From: a bacterium
Lineage (GTDB): Bacteria; Sysuimicrobiota; Sysuimicrobiia; Sysuimicrobiales; Humicultoraceae
Length of the DNA: 36,444 nt
Direction: 5' to 3'
Assembly (NCBI GenBank): GCA_041497675.1
Contig: JBGQGY010000023.1
Span: forward strand, 1-36,444
Shown here: piece by piece, positions 9,933 to 20,235 of the stretch
Layout of the letters: each line of letters opens with the position of its first letter
Position numbering within the stretch: position 1 is the first letter of the stretch
The notes under the pieces: generated by a model
What the model was told of the DNA's origin: nothing
What the model saw: only the letters and a program-made list of their open reading frames with translations
The model's database searches: none
Program-made: the position numbers and the translations under genes

Positions 9933-10376
9933 CTAGGGTGCGCGCGTGGCGGGAATCAGGAGCCGTTTGATGGCCGCGACGGCCTTGGGGATCAGTCGGC
10001 GAACCGATGCGGATAGGTCGGTGCCGGGCCGGAAATCGCTGCCGGGCACCCTGACCAGGTACGCTGCTGGCATTCGCCCGTAGAGGCGCCGGGAGAGGGC
10101 GAGGATGGTTTCGGCGGCGATCACATGGGTCAGGGGGCTCCCGTCGTGGGCGTCTGCGGCTTCGCTCACGCGGCTGACGGTCAGCCTGCCGCCGCGCCCA
10201 GCGTCGACGAACACCACGCGGTCGGCCGCGGCCACATCCCCGGCCAGTTCGGGCGTGAGTTGATGGCTCATCCGGACGGTGACGTCCGGCGTATCCTCCA
10301 GACGTTCGGCCACCGCCGGGCCGGCTCCGTCGTCTCCGGCCAGGGGGTTGCCAATGCCGATGACGAGTGTTCTCAT
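9933..10376 (-). CDS. hoxW: Hydrogenase maturation protease (HoxW-like)
   Basis: [39 protein letters not shown]-coupled to hoxH. Confidence 0.88.
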   Translation of the reverse strand: MRTLVIGIGNPLAGDDGAGPAVAERLEDTPDVTVRMSHQLTPELAGDVAAADRVVFVDAGRGGRLTVSRVSEAADAHDGSPLTHVIAAETILALSRRLYGRMPAAYLVRVPGSDFRPGTDLSASVRRLIPKAVAAIKRLLIPATRAP

Positions 10377-11803
10377 CGCGCGTCTCGCCTGAGCGTTTGC
10401 ACCAGACGCCCGGCGGTGTCGATGACGTCCACCACCAGCGGCATGGCGCCGACCGCGTGCGTCGAGCACGACAGACACGGGTCGTACGCGCGAATCGCGG
10501 CCTCGATCCGGTTGAGGATGCCTTCGGTGACGGGGTGGCCGTCGATGTAGTGGCGCGCCACCTGTTCAACGGCGCGGTTCATCGCCAGGTTGTTTTGGCC
10601 GGTGGCGATCAACAAGTTCACGCGGGTGATCAGGCCCTCGTCGTCCACCTGATAGTGATGGAAAAGCGTGCCCCGCGGCGCCTCAGCGACCCCGACCCCC
10701 TCATGGCGGTTGCGGGCGGCGTGCGCGCGCACGTCGTGATCGAGAATCGCCGGGTCGTCGAGCAACTGTCCGATCCGCTCCAGGCCGAAGACGATCTCGA
10801 TGAGCCGCGCGGAATGATAATAGAAGGAACTGAGCACCACGCGGCCGGCGCGCTGCCGGTATTCGGCCAGTTCGGCGTCGGCGATCGGCGTGCCACAGTG
10901 CGAGGCGACGTTCAGTCGTGCCAGCGGCCCCACCCGGTATGAGCCTACGGGATACCCCAACGGACGGTAGTAGGGGAACTTGAGATACGACCATGGTTCG
11001 GTGGCTTCACCCAGGAACTCCCAGTACCGCGTGGGATCCAGGGCATCAGCGACGACCCCGCCGCCTGCGTCGACGATCCGCAAGCGACCGTCATAATGCT
11101 CCAGCCCGCCGTCCGGCGTCACGAGCCCGGCAAAGAGCGATGGGAAGTTTCCAAAAACCTGCGCTTCTTCCCGGTGCCGATCCAACAGGCGTTTGAACAT
11201 CTCGAGGGTCGCACGCGCCGTCTGCAACGCCTCGGGCCACCCGACCAGCAAACGCTCGCGCTGTTCAGGACTCATCGGACCGCTGACCCCGCCGGGGACG
11301 ACCCACGCCGGATGGATGCGCTTCCCGCCGAGGGCCTCGATGATCTCCTGCCCGTACTGACGCAACCGTATGCCCGAGCGCGCCAACTCCGGGTAGCGCT
11401 CGATGACGCCGAGGATGTTACGCGATTCGGGCGGTGCGTCATAGCCCAACAAGAGGTCGGGCGATGACATGTGGAAGAAGCTGAGCGCATGCGACTGGAC
11501 GAGCTGCGCCAAGTGCATCAGACGGCGCAGGCGCTCGGCCGCGGGCGGGATGGCCACAGCCAGCAGCGCGTCGCAGGCCTTGGCCGACGCCATCAGGTGG
11601 CTGACCGGGCATATCCCGCAGACGCGCGAGGTGATGGCGGGCATCTCGTGGAAGAGGCGCCCTTCACAGAACTTCTCGAAGCCCCGAAACTCGGTGACGT
11701 GGAACCGGGCCTCGCGCACGGCGCCCGCGTCGTCGAGGTGCAGCGTGATTTTTGCGTGTCCCTCGATGCGGGTCACCGGATCGATGACGATGCGTCTGGT
11801 CAT
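10373..11803 (-). CDS. hoxH: Group 3d bidirectional [NiFe]-hydrogenase large subunit
   Basis: [11 protein letters not shown]1 motif [18 protein letters not shown]2 motif DPCLSCSTH followed by a cleavable C-terminal extension. Confidence 0.96.
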   Translation of the reverse strand: MTRRIVIDPVTRIEGHAKITLHLDDAGAVREARFHVTEFRGFEKFCEGRLFHEMPAITSRVCGICPVSHLMASAKACDALLAVAIPPAAERLRRLMHLAQLVQSHALSFFHMSSPDLLLGYDAPPESRNILGVIERYPELARSGIRLRQYGQEIIEALGGKRIHPAWVVPGGVSGPMSPEQRERLLVGWPEALQTARATLEMFKRLLDRHREEAQVFGNFPSLFAGLVTPDGGLEHYDGRLRIVDAGGGVVADALDPTRYWEFLGEATEPWSYLKFPYYRPLGYPVGSYRVGPLARLNVASHCGTPIADAELAEYRQRAGRVVLSSFYYHSARLIEIVFGLERIGQLLDDPAILDHDVRAHAARNRHEGVGVAEAPRGTLFHHYQVDDEGLITRVNLLIATGQNNLAMNRAVEQVARHYIDGHPVTEGILNRIEAAIRAYDPCLSCSTHAVGAMPLVVDVIDTAGRLVQTLRRDAR

Positions 11804-11821
11804 GCGGGGTCTCCTATCCGC

Positions 11822-12379
11822 CTATCCGTACTTCAGGCGGCCGGCGAGGTCGGGTGTCCGGCCGTCCAGGAGATCGGTCAAAACGCTATAGATCAGGTCG
11901 GGCGACGGCGGGCAGCCGGGCAGGTAGACGTCCACCGGTACGACGTGATGCACGGGCAGGACGCGGTCGAGTAGGGCCGGCACGATGCCTTCGGCCGCCG
12001 GCAGGCGCGGGTGCAAGGTCGCCGTCTCGATGTAGGCCCGCTGCAGCACGGATTCGGCGCTGCGCAGGGGGTTGCGCAACGCCGTGACGTTGCCCGTCAC
12101 GGCGCAGTCGCCGAACGAGACCAGAACGCGCGTCCGCTCGCGGATCACGCGGATCTGGCGCAGGTGGTCTTCGTTGGCGACGGCGCCCTCGACGAGCGTG
12201 ACATCGACGTTGTCCGGGAACTCCTTGATGTCGATGAGGGGACTGTAGACGAGGCGCGCGCGCGCGGCGAGATCGATCAGGCGCTCATCCAGGTCGAGGA
12301 AGGACATGTGACAGCCCGAGCAACCGCCCAGCCAGACGGTCGCCAGCCGCGCCAGAGTCTGAGGCGTCACTTGATCCAC
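11822..12379 (-). CDS. hoxY: Hydrogenase small subunit HoxY
   Basis: [32 protein letters not shown]. Start is GTG 12379 or GTG 12370 (GTGA overlap with the hoxU stop). Confidence 0.93.
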   Translation of the reverse strand: MDQVTPQTLARLATVWLGGCSGCHMSFLDLDERLIDLAARARLVYSPLIDIKEFPDNVDVTLVEGAVANEDHLRQIRVIRERTRVLVSFGDCAVTGNVTALRNPLRSAESVLQRAYIETATLHPRLPAAEGIVPALLDRVLPVHHVVPVDVYLPGCPPSPDLIYSVLTDLLDGRTPDLAGRLKYG

Positions 12380-13083
12380 CGGTGCTTCTCCCTCGCCGTG
12401 GTGATGTACGTGAGGAACTCGCGGTGCTTGACCATCTCGGCCGCGGACACACCCTTCTCGAACAGCGCGCCGGTCGGGCAGACCTGCACACACTTGCCGC
12501 ACGAGGTGCAGGTGTCGGACGTGCCCCATGGTTGGCCCAGGTCGATGATGACCCGCGATGCGTGCCCGCGCCCGGCGACGTCCCACGTGTGGGCGCCCTC
12601 GACCTCGTCGCAGACGCGCACGCACCGCGTGCACATGATGCAGCGGTTGTGGTCGACGACAAAACGCTCGTGTGACGCATCGACGTGCCGCTCCGGCGCG
12701 CGGTACGGATACCGGACGTGCGTCATGCCGACCGCATAGCCAATGGTTTGCAAATCGCAGTGGCCGTTGGCCACGCAGACGGAGCAGATGTGATTGCCCT
12801 CCGCGAAGAGCAACTCCACGATCATGCGGCGGTACGCCTGCAGCCGCGGCGAGTCGGTCGTGACCTCCATGCCTTCGGCCACCTTCGTGACACAGGCCGC
12901 GACCGGTCGGCTCGCCCCCTGCACCTCGACCATGCACAGGCGGCAGGCGCCCACCTCGGACAGGCCGTCGAGATGGCACAGCGTGGGAATCGTGATGCCG
13001 TGCTCGCGCGCCGCTTCTAGGAGCGTCTCGTCCTCGTGGGCGCCGACCGGCGCGCCGTTAATGGCCAGCGTCTTGACGCTCAC
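12367..13083 (-). CDS. hoxU: Diaphorase Fe-S subunit HoxU
   Basis: IPTLCH...GACRLC...AAC [2Fe-2S]; [29 protein letters not shown] and [16 protein letters not shown]-coupled to hoxF. Confidence 0.95.
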   Translation of the reverse strand: MSVKTLAINGAPVGAHEDETLLEAAREHGITIPTLCHLDGLSEVGACRLCMVEVQGASRPVAACVTKVAEGMEVTTDSPRLQAYRRMIVELLFAEGNHICSVCVANGHCDLQTIGYAVGMTHVRYPYRAPERHVDASHERFVVDHNRCIMCTRCVRVCDEVEGAHTWDVAGRGHASRVIIDLGQPWGTSDTCTSCGKCVQVCPTGALFEKGVSAAEMVKHREFLTYITTAREKHRWIK

Positions 13084-14726
13084 GGCGCCACCCCTGCGGA
13101 TGGCGCCGGCTGCATCACACAGACGCCGGCCGGGCACGTCCGATCGACAATGTGGCTCACGTACTCGTCGCGGAAATGGCGCAGCGTCGAGAGCAGCGGG
13201 TTCGGTGCGTTTTGTCCCAGACCACACAGGCTGGCATGTCTGACCATGTCGCTCAACTCCTCCAGCAGGATCAGATCGGCCGTCGTCGCCTCTCCACGCG
13301 TGATCTTGACCAGCAGGTCGTGCATCTGCACGGTGCCGGCGCGGCAGGGGATGCATTTGCCGCACGACTCGTCCATGCAAAAGCGCATGAAGTACCGGGT
13401 CAGGTCGACCAGACAGGTGGTGTCATCCAGGACGATCATGCCACCCGACCCCATCATCGAGCCGAGACCGGTCAGGGACTCGTAGTCCACCGGCGTGTCG
13501 AGCAACGAGGCCGGGACGCAACCGCCACCGGGTCCGCCGGTCTGCACGGCCTTGATGGTCCGCCCGGGCAATGGGCCACCCGCGATGTCCTCGACGATAC
13601 GCCGCAGCGAGATCCCCATCGGCACCTCGATCACGCCGGTGCGCCGCACCGAACCGGCTAGGCTGAAGACCTTGGTGCCCCGGCTGCGTTCGGTGCCGAT
13701 ACCCGCGTACCAGGCGGCGCCCCGCGCGATGACGGCCGGCACGCTCGCGAACGTCTCGACATTGTTGATCAACGTGGGCGCCCCCCAGAGTCCGGACTCG
13801 GCCGGATAGGGTGGCCGCGGGCGCGGCTGCCCGCGCTTGCCTTCGATGGAGGCGATGAGCGCGGTTTCCTCGCCGCACACGTATGCGCCGGCGCCGATGC
13901 GCAACTCCACGCTGAAGCTGAAGCCTGAATCGCCGAGGCGCGCGCCGAGCAGCTGCAAGGCTTCCGCCTGGCGAATCGCAATCCGCAGGCGCTTGATGGC
14001 CATCGGGTACTCGCCACGAACATAGATATAGCCATGGGTGGCGCCGACCGCGTAGGCACCGATCGCCATCCCTTCGAGGACGCGGTGCGGATCGCCCTCG
14101 AGCACCGTGCGATCCATGAATGCGCCTGGGTCGCCCTCATCGGCGTTGCAGATGACGTACTTGCGCTCGCCCGGCGACTTGGCAACGGTCGTCCACTTCA
14201 ACCCGGTGGGGTATCCTGCGCCACCCCGGCCCCGAAGGCCGCTGGCGCGCACCTGCTCGATCACTTCCGCGGGCGTCATGTCCTTGACGGCGCGCGCCAG
14301 GGCGCCATAGGCGCCGGCGGCGATCGCCTCTTCGATGCGTTCGGGATCGATGCGGCCGCAGGAGGTCAGGACCACGGGCTGCTGGCCGGCGAAGAATGCG
14401 GCGTCGGACTCCAGGCTGAGATGGTGGACGGGCGTACCGCGGCGCACATGCCAGGAGACAACCTCGTCGACTTCATGCGATGAGGGACACGCGTACAGGG
14501 TGCCCTCGGGTTCGACCCGTACGAGCGGACCGGCGCTGCACAACCCCATGCAGCCGGCTCGCGTGACTTCGATGCCTGTCGCCGCCTCGTTGACGAAGGC
14601 CTGCCGGATGCCCTCGGAGCCCCGCGCCATGCAGCCGGCGCCGGTGCACACGCGCACGAGGTGCGTGCAGCCTCGCCGGCGCTGCCGCTCGGCCGCTGCG
14701 ATGCCGTCGAGCGCTTCGCGCATCAT
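13080..14726 (-). CDS. hoxF: Diaphorase flavoprotein HoxF (NuoF family)
   Basis: N-terminal CTGAGC...GCMGLC [2Fe-2S], [53 protein letters not shown]-coupled to hoxE. Confidence 0.95.
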   Translation of the reverse strand: MMREALDGIAAAERQRRRGCTHLVRVCTGAGCMARGSEGIRQAFVNEAATGIEVTRAGCMGLCSAGPLVRVEPEGTLYACPSSHEVDEVVSWHVRRGTPVHHLSLESDAAFFAGQQPVVLTSCGRIDPERIEEAIAAGAYGALARAVKDMTPAEVIEQVRASGLRGRGGAGYPTGLKWTTVAKSPGERKYVICNADEGDPGAFMDRTVLEGDPHRVLEGMAIGAYAVGATHGYIYVRGEYPMAIKRLRIAIRQAEALQLLGARLGDSGFSFSVELRIGAGAYVCGEETALIASIEGKRGQPRPRPPYPAESGLWGAPTLINNVETFASVPAVIARGAAWYAGIGTERSRGTKVFSLAGSVRRTGVIEVPMGISLRRIVEDIAGGPLPGRTIKAVQTGGPGGGCVPASLLDTPVDYESLTGLGSMMGSGGMIVLDDTTCLVDLTRYFMRFCMDESCGKCIPCRAGTVQMHDLLVKITRGEATTADLILLEELSDMVRHASLCGLGQNAPNPLLSTLRHFRDEYVSHIVDRTCPAGVCVMQPAPSAGVAP

Positions 14727-15217
14727 GGTGTGCCCGCCCACTGCCGCACCCGCGCGACGACCTCGGCGGTACTCCGCGCGCCGGTGATCTCACCGTCGAA
14801 GACGACCACGGGTGCCTGGTTGCACGGCCCCAGACAGCGCACGGCGTGCACCGACACCACCCCGTCCGATCCGGTGGTGCCGGCCCGTACGCCGGTCGCG
14901 TGTTCCACGGCGGCGAGGACGTCGTCGGCACGCTTCACATAGCAGGCCGTGCCGGTGCAGACCGTCACCCTATGACGGCCGGGTGGGGTCAGCGAGAAGA
15001 AATGGTAGAAGGTCGCCACGCCGTACACGCGGCTCAGCGGAGTGGCCAGCCCGTGCGCGACATACGCGAGCACCTCGAGCGGCAGGTGGCCGAACCGGCG
15101 TTGGGCGACGTGCAGTACCTCGATCAGGCCGTCGGGTTGGCGTCCCTGGCGTCCCATCGCCTCGTCCAGTTCGCGATAGCGCGGGTCGAAGGCGGCGCGG
15201 TCCTGCGCGGACGTCAT
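14723..15217 (-). CDS. hoxE: HoxE (NuoE-like [2Fe-2S] subunit)
   Basis: LIEVLHVAQ, SRVYGVATFYHFF, CTGTAC...CLGPC. ATGA-coupled to hypB. Confidence 0.93.
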   Translation of the reverse strand: MTSAQDRAAFDPRYRELDEAMGRQGRQPDGLIEVLHVAQRRFGHLPLEVLAYVAHGLATPLSRVYGVATFYHFFSLTPPGRHRVTVCTGTACYVKRADDVLAAVEHATGVRAGTTGSDGVVSVHAVRCLGPCNQAPVVVFDGEITGARSTAEVVARVRQWAGTP

Positions 15218-15882
15218 GACCGGTGCCCCCGCGGCTGCCCGACGATCCACTCGATCCACGGGTTCAGCCCGTCGCCCGTCGAGGCCGAGAGCGCAAACAG
15301 CGGCGCCTGCGTGACCTGCCGCAGGCCTTCTGCGAACGTCTCCATGGAAAAGTTGGTGAACGGCAGCAGGTCGATCTTGTTGAGGATGACGGCATCCGCG
15401 CGGGCAAAGGTGGAGGGGTACTTCCACGGTTTGTCATCGCCCTCCGGCACGCTCGCGACCACGACCCGCAGGTGCTCGCCGAGATTGTAGGCCGCCGGGC
15501 ACACCAGGTTGCCGACGTTTTCGATGGCCAGGACGTCGAGATCGGTCAACGCGAGACGGGTCAGCGCGGTGCGGACGAGATGCGCGTCGAGATGGCAGGC
15601 GTTGCCGACCAGACGCGTCTCGATCTGCACGGCGGGCACCCCGCACCGGGAGAGACGCTCCGCGTCACGGGTGGTGGCGATGTCACCCTCGATGACCCCA
15701 AGGCGAAGGCGCGAGCGCAGGAGCGCGGCCGTGCGCTCGAGCACCGCAGTCTTCCCGCTGCCCGGCGATCCGATGAGGTTGAGCGCCAGCACGCCGGCGG
15801 CGTCCAGCGCCGCACGGACCTCCTCGGCCAGCGCGTCGTTTGCACGCAGCACGCGCTCGACCACCTCGACACGCATCGTCAT
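15214..15882 (-). CDS. hypB: Hydrogenase nickel-insertion GTPase HypB
   Basis: GSPGSGKT, IEGD, CHLDA, ENVGNLVCPA, EGDDKP-x-KYP, NKID. No His-rich N-terminal extension. Confidence 0.95.
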   Translation of the reverse strand: MTMRVEVVERVLRANDALAEEVRAALDAAGVLALNLIGSPGSGKTAVLERTAALLRSRLRLGVIEGDIATTRDAERLSRCGVPAVQIETRLVGNACHLDAHLVRTALTRLALTDLDVLAIENVGNLVCPAAYNLGEHLRVVVASVPEGDDKPWKYPSTFARADAVILNKIDLLPFTNFSMETFAEGLRQVTQAPLFALSASTGDGLNPWIEWIVGQPRGHRS

Positions 15883-16121
15883 TCCCCCTCCAACCACGTG
15901 AGGCGCAGGTCGGCGCCGTCGGCATCTTCGATGTCGAGCACGGCCCGCCCCAGCACGGGCCCTTCCCGCAGGATCTCAAACGCCATCGCCAGCGCGTGCG
16001 TGGCGACGCCACTCAATCGACCGACGCGAACCCCTACCCTGTTCACCGCCCGCAGCCCGTGATTGGCGGCCGCCACGGAGGCTTCGTTCAGCAGCGAATC
16101 GGCCAGCGACAGTTCGTGCAC
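15879..16121 (-). CDS. hypA: Short HypA-like nickel metallochaperone lacking the zinc finger
   Basis: MHELSLA Ni-binding N-terminus, VGRLSGV, A-x-L-x-I, C-terminal G-x-DLRL-x-x-LE. Only 80 aa, with no cysteines. SD AGGGAG upstream. Confidence 0.85.
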   Translation of the reverse strand: MHELSLADSLLNEASVAAANHGLRAVNRVGVRVGRLSGVATHALAMAFEILREGPVLGRAVLDIEDADGADLRLTWLEGE

Positions 16122-16133
16122 CGCCGTCTCCCT

Positions 16134-16898
16134 CTAGAACGTCTGATTGGCCAGCGCGAGCATGCAGCGTGTATAGCGCTCCAGGTGCATCGCCTGCGCG
16201 GGCGTCAGCACCCAACACGCCCATCGCCAGTGAAACGCCAGGATCTGGCCCGGCGCCGCGCCGTCCAGGAACCGATCGTCGCCGATCGCCCTGAGAATGC
16301 GTACGGGTTGCGGCGCGCCGAAGTCCAGCCGTCCATCGTGGCTGACGATCGGACGATAGGATACCGTGAACGCCTCCGGGTCCATGGTGGTGATGGCGCC
16401 CCAGCCGATCCGGCAGTGGTCCAACCCGTCGGACAGCGGCCTGCCGGTGCGGCGCCAGACGTCAAAGACATGGAACGCGTGGTGCGCGCGGGCGCCGGCG
16501 ATCGGCTTGCCCACCAGGAGGTCGAGTGTCGACGGCCGGACTCGCCCGCGAAAACGCTCGTGTAGGTGCTGCGCGTAGCGCGGCCAGTCCACCCGCTCTA
16601 ACAGATCGTTGCCAATCCAGTATGCTTCGACGACCCGCGCGTCGAGCGCGTCGGCGATTCCGTTGGCGGCCGCGATGAGCTTCAGATAGGGGTAGGCGCC
16701 TTCAAAGGTTCGCAGGTGGCGTCGCAGGCCCTGATCGGCGGTCTGTTCCTTGAGATAGGCGAGCAACTCGGCGTTGACGTCTCCGCCGCAGTATCCGAGG
16801 TGGTTGGGCATGAACGCGAACCGCGCGAACAACAGCATCCCGTTGAGAGACGCGGCGCCGCTCGCTTCGGAGGTCGACAGTGTTGGCGCTTCTCGCAT
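16134..16898 (-). CDS. Cys/His-motif protein resembling DUF6390 (hydrogenase-cluster associated, function unknown)
   Basis: FARFAFMPNHLGYCG, FEGAYPYL-x-LIA, VVEAYWIGN, HHAFHV, DHCRIGWG, HWRWAC. Family assigned from memory of these motifs, not from a search. Confidence 0.75.
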   Translation of the reverse strand: MREAPTLSTSEASGAASLNGMLLFARFAFMPNHLGYCGGDVNAELLAYLKEQTADQGLRRHLRTFEGAYPYLKLIAAANGIADALDARVVEAYWIGNDLLERVDWPRYAQHLHERFRGRVRPSTLDLLVGKPIAGARAHHAFHVFDVWRRTGRPLSDGLDHCRIGWGAITTMDPEAFTVSYRPIVSHDGRLDFGAPQPVRILRAIGDDRFLDGAAPGQILAFHWRWACWVLTPAQAMHLERYTRCMLALANQTF

Positions 16899-16907
16899 CA
16901 CACCCAC

Positions 16908-17756
16908 CTATCGCGGCGACGGATTCAGCCGGGACTCGATCTCGCGACCAGCAGCAATCAACCCCAGGGTGGTCGCGACAATGCCGATCGCGGGTGGGCC
17001 GGCCCACCACGCCCATGCATCGGTCACGAACAGCAAGGGATAGGTCAACGCCTGATGCAGGATCAGGCCCCAACTCACACGCGAGGGGTCGGCCAGTCCC
17101 AGCAGGCCCAGCGTGGCCTCCATCAGGATGGCCCACCGGGCGGTCAACAGGAACTTGGTGAAGAGGATCGGGGCGATCTCGGGCACGATGGCGGAGCGGA
17201 TGATGCGGGCCTCAGACGCCCCCTGCGCGCGCGCCGCCTCCACGTAATCCCTTCCCCACGTTGCGGTGACCTGCATGCGCACGATGCGCGCAAACGGCGC
17301 CCAACTCAGGAGGGCCAGGATGCCGATCAGCGACCAGAGGCCGGGCCCCAGGGTTGCGATCAGCAGCACGGCCAGCGGCATGCTGGGCACCGCGAGGAAG
17401 AGATCGATAACGGTGAGCGCTACGCCACGACCTCTGCCCCGGCTCCCGGCTGCGACCCCGGCGAGGGCCGACAGGATCACCGACAGCGCCGCCGCCGAAA
17501 ACCCCACGATAAGCGATGTCTGCGCCCCGTAGATCATCTGGCTGAACAGGTCATGTCCCTGTGCGTTGGTGCCCAGCCAGAAGCGCGGCGTGGGTCCGCT
17601 CACCGGATCGCCGACGATCCGCTGCGGGTCCATCGGCAGGAGCAGCGGTGTCAGGGTGGCCGCGGCGGCGACGAACAGCAGGAGGGCCGCGCCGATCAAC
17701 GCTGCGGCCGGCAGCGCGCGAGGCCTGGGTGCCGAGAGCGCGGCGGTGGTGATCAT
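16908..17756 (-). CDS. ABC permease, NikC/OppC/DppC type
   Basis: WLGTNAQGHDLFSQMIYGAQTSL, EAA loop DYVEAARAQGAS, EATLGLLGL-x-DP-x-x-x-SWG. Confidence 0.92.
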   Translation of the reverse strand: MITTAALSAPRPRALPAAALIGAALLLFVAAAATLTPLLLPMDPQRIVGDPVSGPTPRFWLGTNAQGHDLFSQMIYGAQTSLIVGFSAAALSVILSALAGVAAGSRGRGRGVALTVIDLFLAVPSMPLAVLLIATLGPGLWSLIGILALLSWAPFARIVRMQVTATWGRDYVEAARAQGASEARIIRSAIVPEIAPILFTKFLLTARWAILMEATLGLLGLADPSRVSWGLILHQALTYPLLFVTDAWAWWAGPPAIGIVATTLGLIAAGREIESRLNPSPR

Positions 17757-18706
17757 GACGGGGCGCTCCGGGGATCCAGCCGGGCGCCGATCGCGTCGAG
17801 GGCAAAGTTCGTCGTCAGCACCGCGAGGCTGGAGACGAGGACGATCCCCTGCAAGAGCGGATAATCACGGGTCGACACGGCTTCGAAGAGCAACCATCCC
17901 ATGCCGGGATAGGCAAACAGACGCTCAACGACGGCCGCGCCGGCGACAGCGGCACCGAGCCGTAGCCCCAACAGCGTGACCACCGGTGGAAGCGCGTTGC
18001 GCCACACGTGCCAGGCCAGGCGCCGCGCGGGCAATCCGCGGGCCCGGGCTGCGGTCAGGAACGGCGCGCCGAGCACGGGAGCAATGGCGTTGCGGACGAG
18101 CAACGCGAACGCCGGGGCGATGATGAGCACAAGCGTGAGCCCGGGCAACACCGCGTGCCACGCAAGATCAATCAGGCGCTGGAGCACGCCCGCGTCGTCG
18201 ATGAAGAGTGTCTGCCCGCCCCCCGGCGGAAATACGCGCAGCTTCGACGCGAGCCCCACGATGAGGAGCATCCCGAGCAAGAACTCGGGCAACGCTCCGA
18301 TCCCGAACACGGCGGACGTCAGCACCCGTGTCCCGTTTTCCCTTGGGTGGGTCGCGGCACGCCAACCCACCGCTGCCCCGAAGACCGCCGCCACCAGGAC
18401 GGCGCCGCCCACGAGGCCCAGCGTCCACGGGAGTCGCTCGGCGAGCACCAGGCGGACCGCGCGGTGCGACGTCATCGACCAGCCGAGGTCGCCGTGTCCC
18501 AAGTCCGCGAGGTAGCGGGTGAACTGTCGCCACAGCGGATCATCCAGGTGATAGGTCTCTGTCAGGATCTGCCGCGCCGCCGCGGGCAGCGCGGCCGCCT
18601 GATCGCCGCCTGCCACCGGGCTGCCCGGGAGCCAGCGGGGCAGCACGAAGTTGAGCCCCACGAGCAGCGCGGCCACCCCCGCATAGCGCAGCAACCGATG
18701 CGTCAT
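17753..18706 (-). CDS. ABC permease, NikB/OppB/DppB type
   Basis: LNFVLPRWLPG, LDDPLWRQF, GDLGWS, FLTAARARGL, VERLFAYPGMG, RDYPLLQG. ATGA coupling on both sides. Confidence 0.92.
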   Translation of the reverse strand: MTHRLLRYAGVAALLVGLNFVLPRWLPGSPVAGGDQAAALPAAARQILTETYHLDDPLWRQFTRYLADLGHGDLGWSMTSHRAVRLVLAERLPWTLGLVGGAVLVAAVFGAAVGWRAATHPRENGTRVLTSAVFGIGALPEFLLGMLLIVGLASKLRVFPPGGGQTLFIDDAGVLQRLIDLAWHAVLPGLTLVLIIAPAFALLVRNAIAPVLGAPFLTAARARGLPARRLAWHVWRNALPPVVTLLGLRLGAAVAGAAVVERLFAYPGMGWLLFEAVSTRDYPLLQGIVLVSSLAVLTTNFALDAIGARLDPRSAPS

Positions 18707-20235
18707 GGCAGGAAGATCACCTTGTTTTCGATCAGCGGGATGCCGTTCATCAGCCCGCCCCGCGTGGCGACCGGCCGGAGTTTGCGGCCGTCGTAGACCC
18801 ACGTGAAGCGTCGGTAGTAGAGGGCCAGGGTCGGGAGCTCCTCGGCCAGGATCGCCTGCATCTGATTCACGACACCACGACGGCGGACCGGGTCGAGTAT
18901 TTCCGCCTGCTCGCGGGCAAGACGCGCGTAGGTCGGATCCGCGAAATCGGAGCCTTGTCCAAACTGGTTTGCATCCTCGCCGGTCATCCACCGCCGGAGG
19001 TAGTCGGGATCGCCGCCTGCGCCAATGTGGGAGGTCAGGGCCAGCTGGAACTTGCCCTCCCCAATCAGCGCCGCCCGCGTTCGCGCGTCGACGACCCTCG
19101 CCACCGCATCGATCCCTACCGCCCGCAGCATCTCCTGTATCAATGGGACGGCGGGAGACGGGCTGGCCAGCAGTTCGATCTGGGATGACGACAGGCCGGA
19201 CGCACTTTGGAGCGTTCGCGCCCGCACCGGGTCATAGGGGTAGGCGCGCGTCCCCGGCGCGTACCAGGGATCCGTAGGCGGGACGAGCCCCGGGCTACCG
19301 GGGATACCGGCGCCGCGAGTCAGCGTCAGCGCGAGTTGCGTGCGGTTGAGCGCGTAGGCGATGGCCTGGCGTGCCATCTTAGGCTCGAAGGGCGGACGCC
19401 GGAGGTTGAACAGCAGACGCGCCACCGAGAGTGGCTCAGTGCGCCAGACGCGAAGATACGAGTGACCGGCAAACGCCCGCGCGACCTCTTCGGCGTCCGT
19501 CATGGCCACGTCGACCTCGCCGCCCTGCACCGCGAGCATCTGCCGCTCGGGGGCGACCAGCAGGTACTGGATCTCGCCAACGGCGGGGCGCCCGCGGAAG
19601 TACCGGGGATTGGCACCGAGCCGGTATGCGCCGGCGGTGGGACGGTAGTCGACGAGTCGATAGGGACCGGTGCCCACCGCCATCGCAAGGGTCTGCGCGC
19701 GCTGCGGCTCCTGGACGTCCTTCCAAACGTGTTCAGGGATGATGGGGACGATGCCGGCGACGTCGTGGAGGAATGGGGCAAACGGCCGCCGCAGACGCAG
19801 CCGCACCGTGAGTGCGTCGTCGGCAACGACGCCAACCACCATGCTGGTATCGACCCATGCAAACGGGTGAGCGCGGTAATACTCGAACGTAAACTGGACG
19901 TCGCGCGCGGAAAAGGGACGGCCGTCGTGCCACACGACGCCCGGGCGAAGATTGAACGTGTAGGTCGTGCCGTCAGGCGAGACGCGCCAGGACTGCGCCA
20001 ACCACGGGATCGTCCCGGTGTCGTCCTTCCAGACCAGGGAGTCGTAGATCAGACTCAGGCGGACGAGCCCGCCGGGGCCCAGGGTCGAGACGGCGAACGG
20101 CGTGAGGAATCCCACGTCCGTCCACCAGGCGATGCGGACGACATCTAACGCCGTCACGGCGCCGGCAACAGATGAGGCGACCACAAGGAGCACGACGGCG
20201 AGGAGCGCGAGGCGGCAGAGGAGTACCGTCCTCAC
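18703..20235 (-). CDS. ABC substrate-binding protein, family 5 (NikA/OppA type), probably for nickel by context
   Basis: Signal peptide, LIYDSL, PWLAQSW-x-VS-x-DG-x-TYTFNLR-x-GV-x-WHDG-x-P, VGTGPYRL. GTGA-coupled to hypC. Confidence 0.9.
   Translation of the reverse strand: MRTVLLCRLALLAVVLLVVASSVAGAVTALDVVRIAWWTDVGFLTPFAVSTLGPGGLVRLSLIYDSLVWKDDTGTIPWLAQSWRVSPDGTTYTFNLRPGVVWHDGRPFSARDVQFTFEYYRAHPFAWVDTSMVVGVVADDALTVRLRLRRPFAPFLHDVAGIVPIIPEHVWKDVQEPQRAQTLAMAVGTGPYRLVDYRPTAGAYRLGANPRYFRGRPAVGEIQYLLVAPERQMLAVQGGEVDVAMTDAEEVARAFAGHSYLRVWRTEPLSVARLLFNLRRPPFEPKMARQAIAYALNRTQLALTLTRGAGIPGSPGLVPPTDPWYAPGTRAYPYDPVRARTLQSASGLSSSQIELLASPSPAVPLIQEMLRAVGIDAVARVVDARTRAALIGEGKFQLALTSHIGAGGDPDYLRRWMTGEDANQFGQGSDFADPTYARLAREQAEILDPVRRRGVVNQMQAILAEELPTLALYYRRFTWVYDGRKLRPVATRGGLMNGIPLIENKVIFLP

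Noticed and set aside
10373..11803. Selenocysteine ([NiFeSe]) or TGA read-through in HoxH or the CxC/CxxC proteins
   Set aside because: The ligand positions checked translate as ordinary Cys, with no in-frame TGA.
11822..12979. Long N-terminal extensions in the ORF track (hoxY here; likewise hoxU, hoxE, vorB, nosY, the permease, the second trkA and nosZ)
   Set aside because: The extensions run through upstream genes in other frames. Real starts are supported by ATGA/GTGA overlaps or SD sites.
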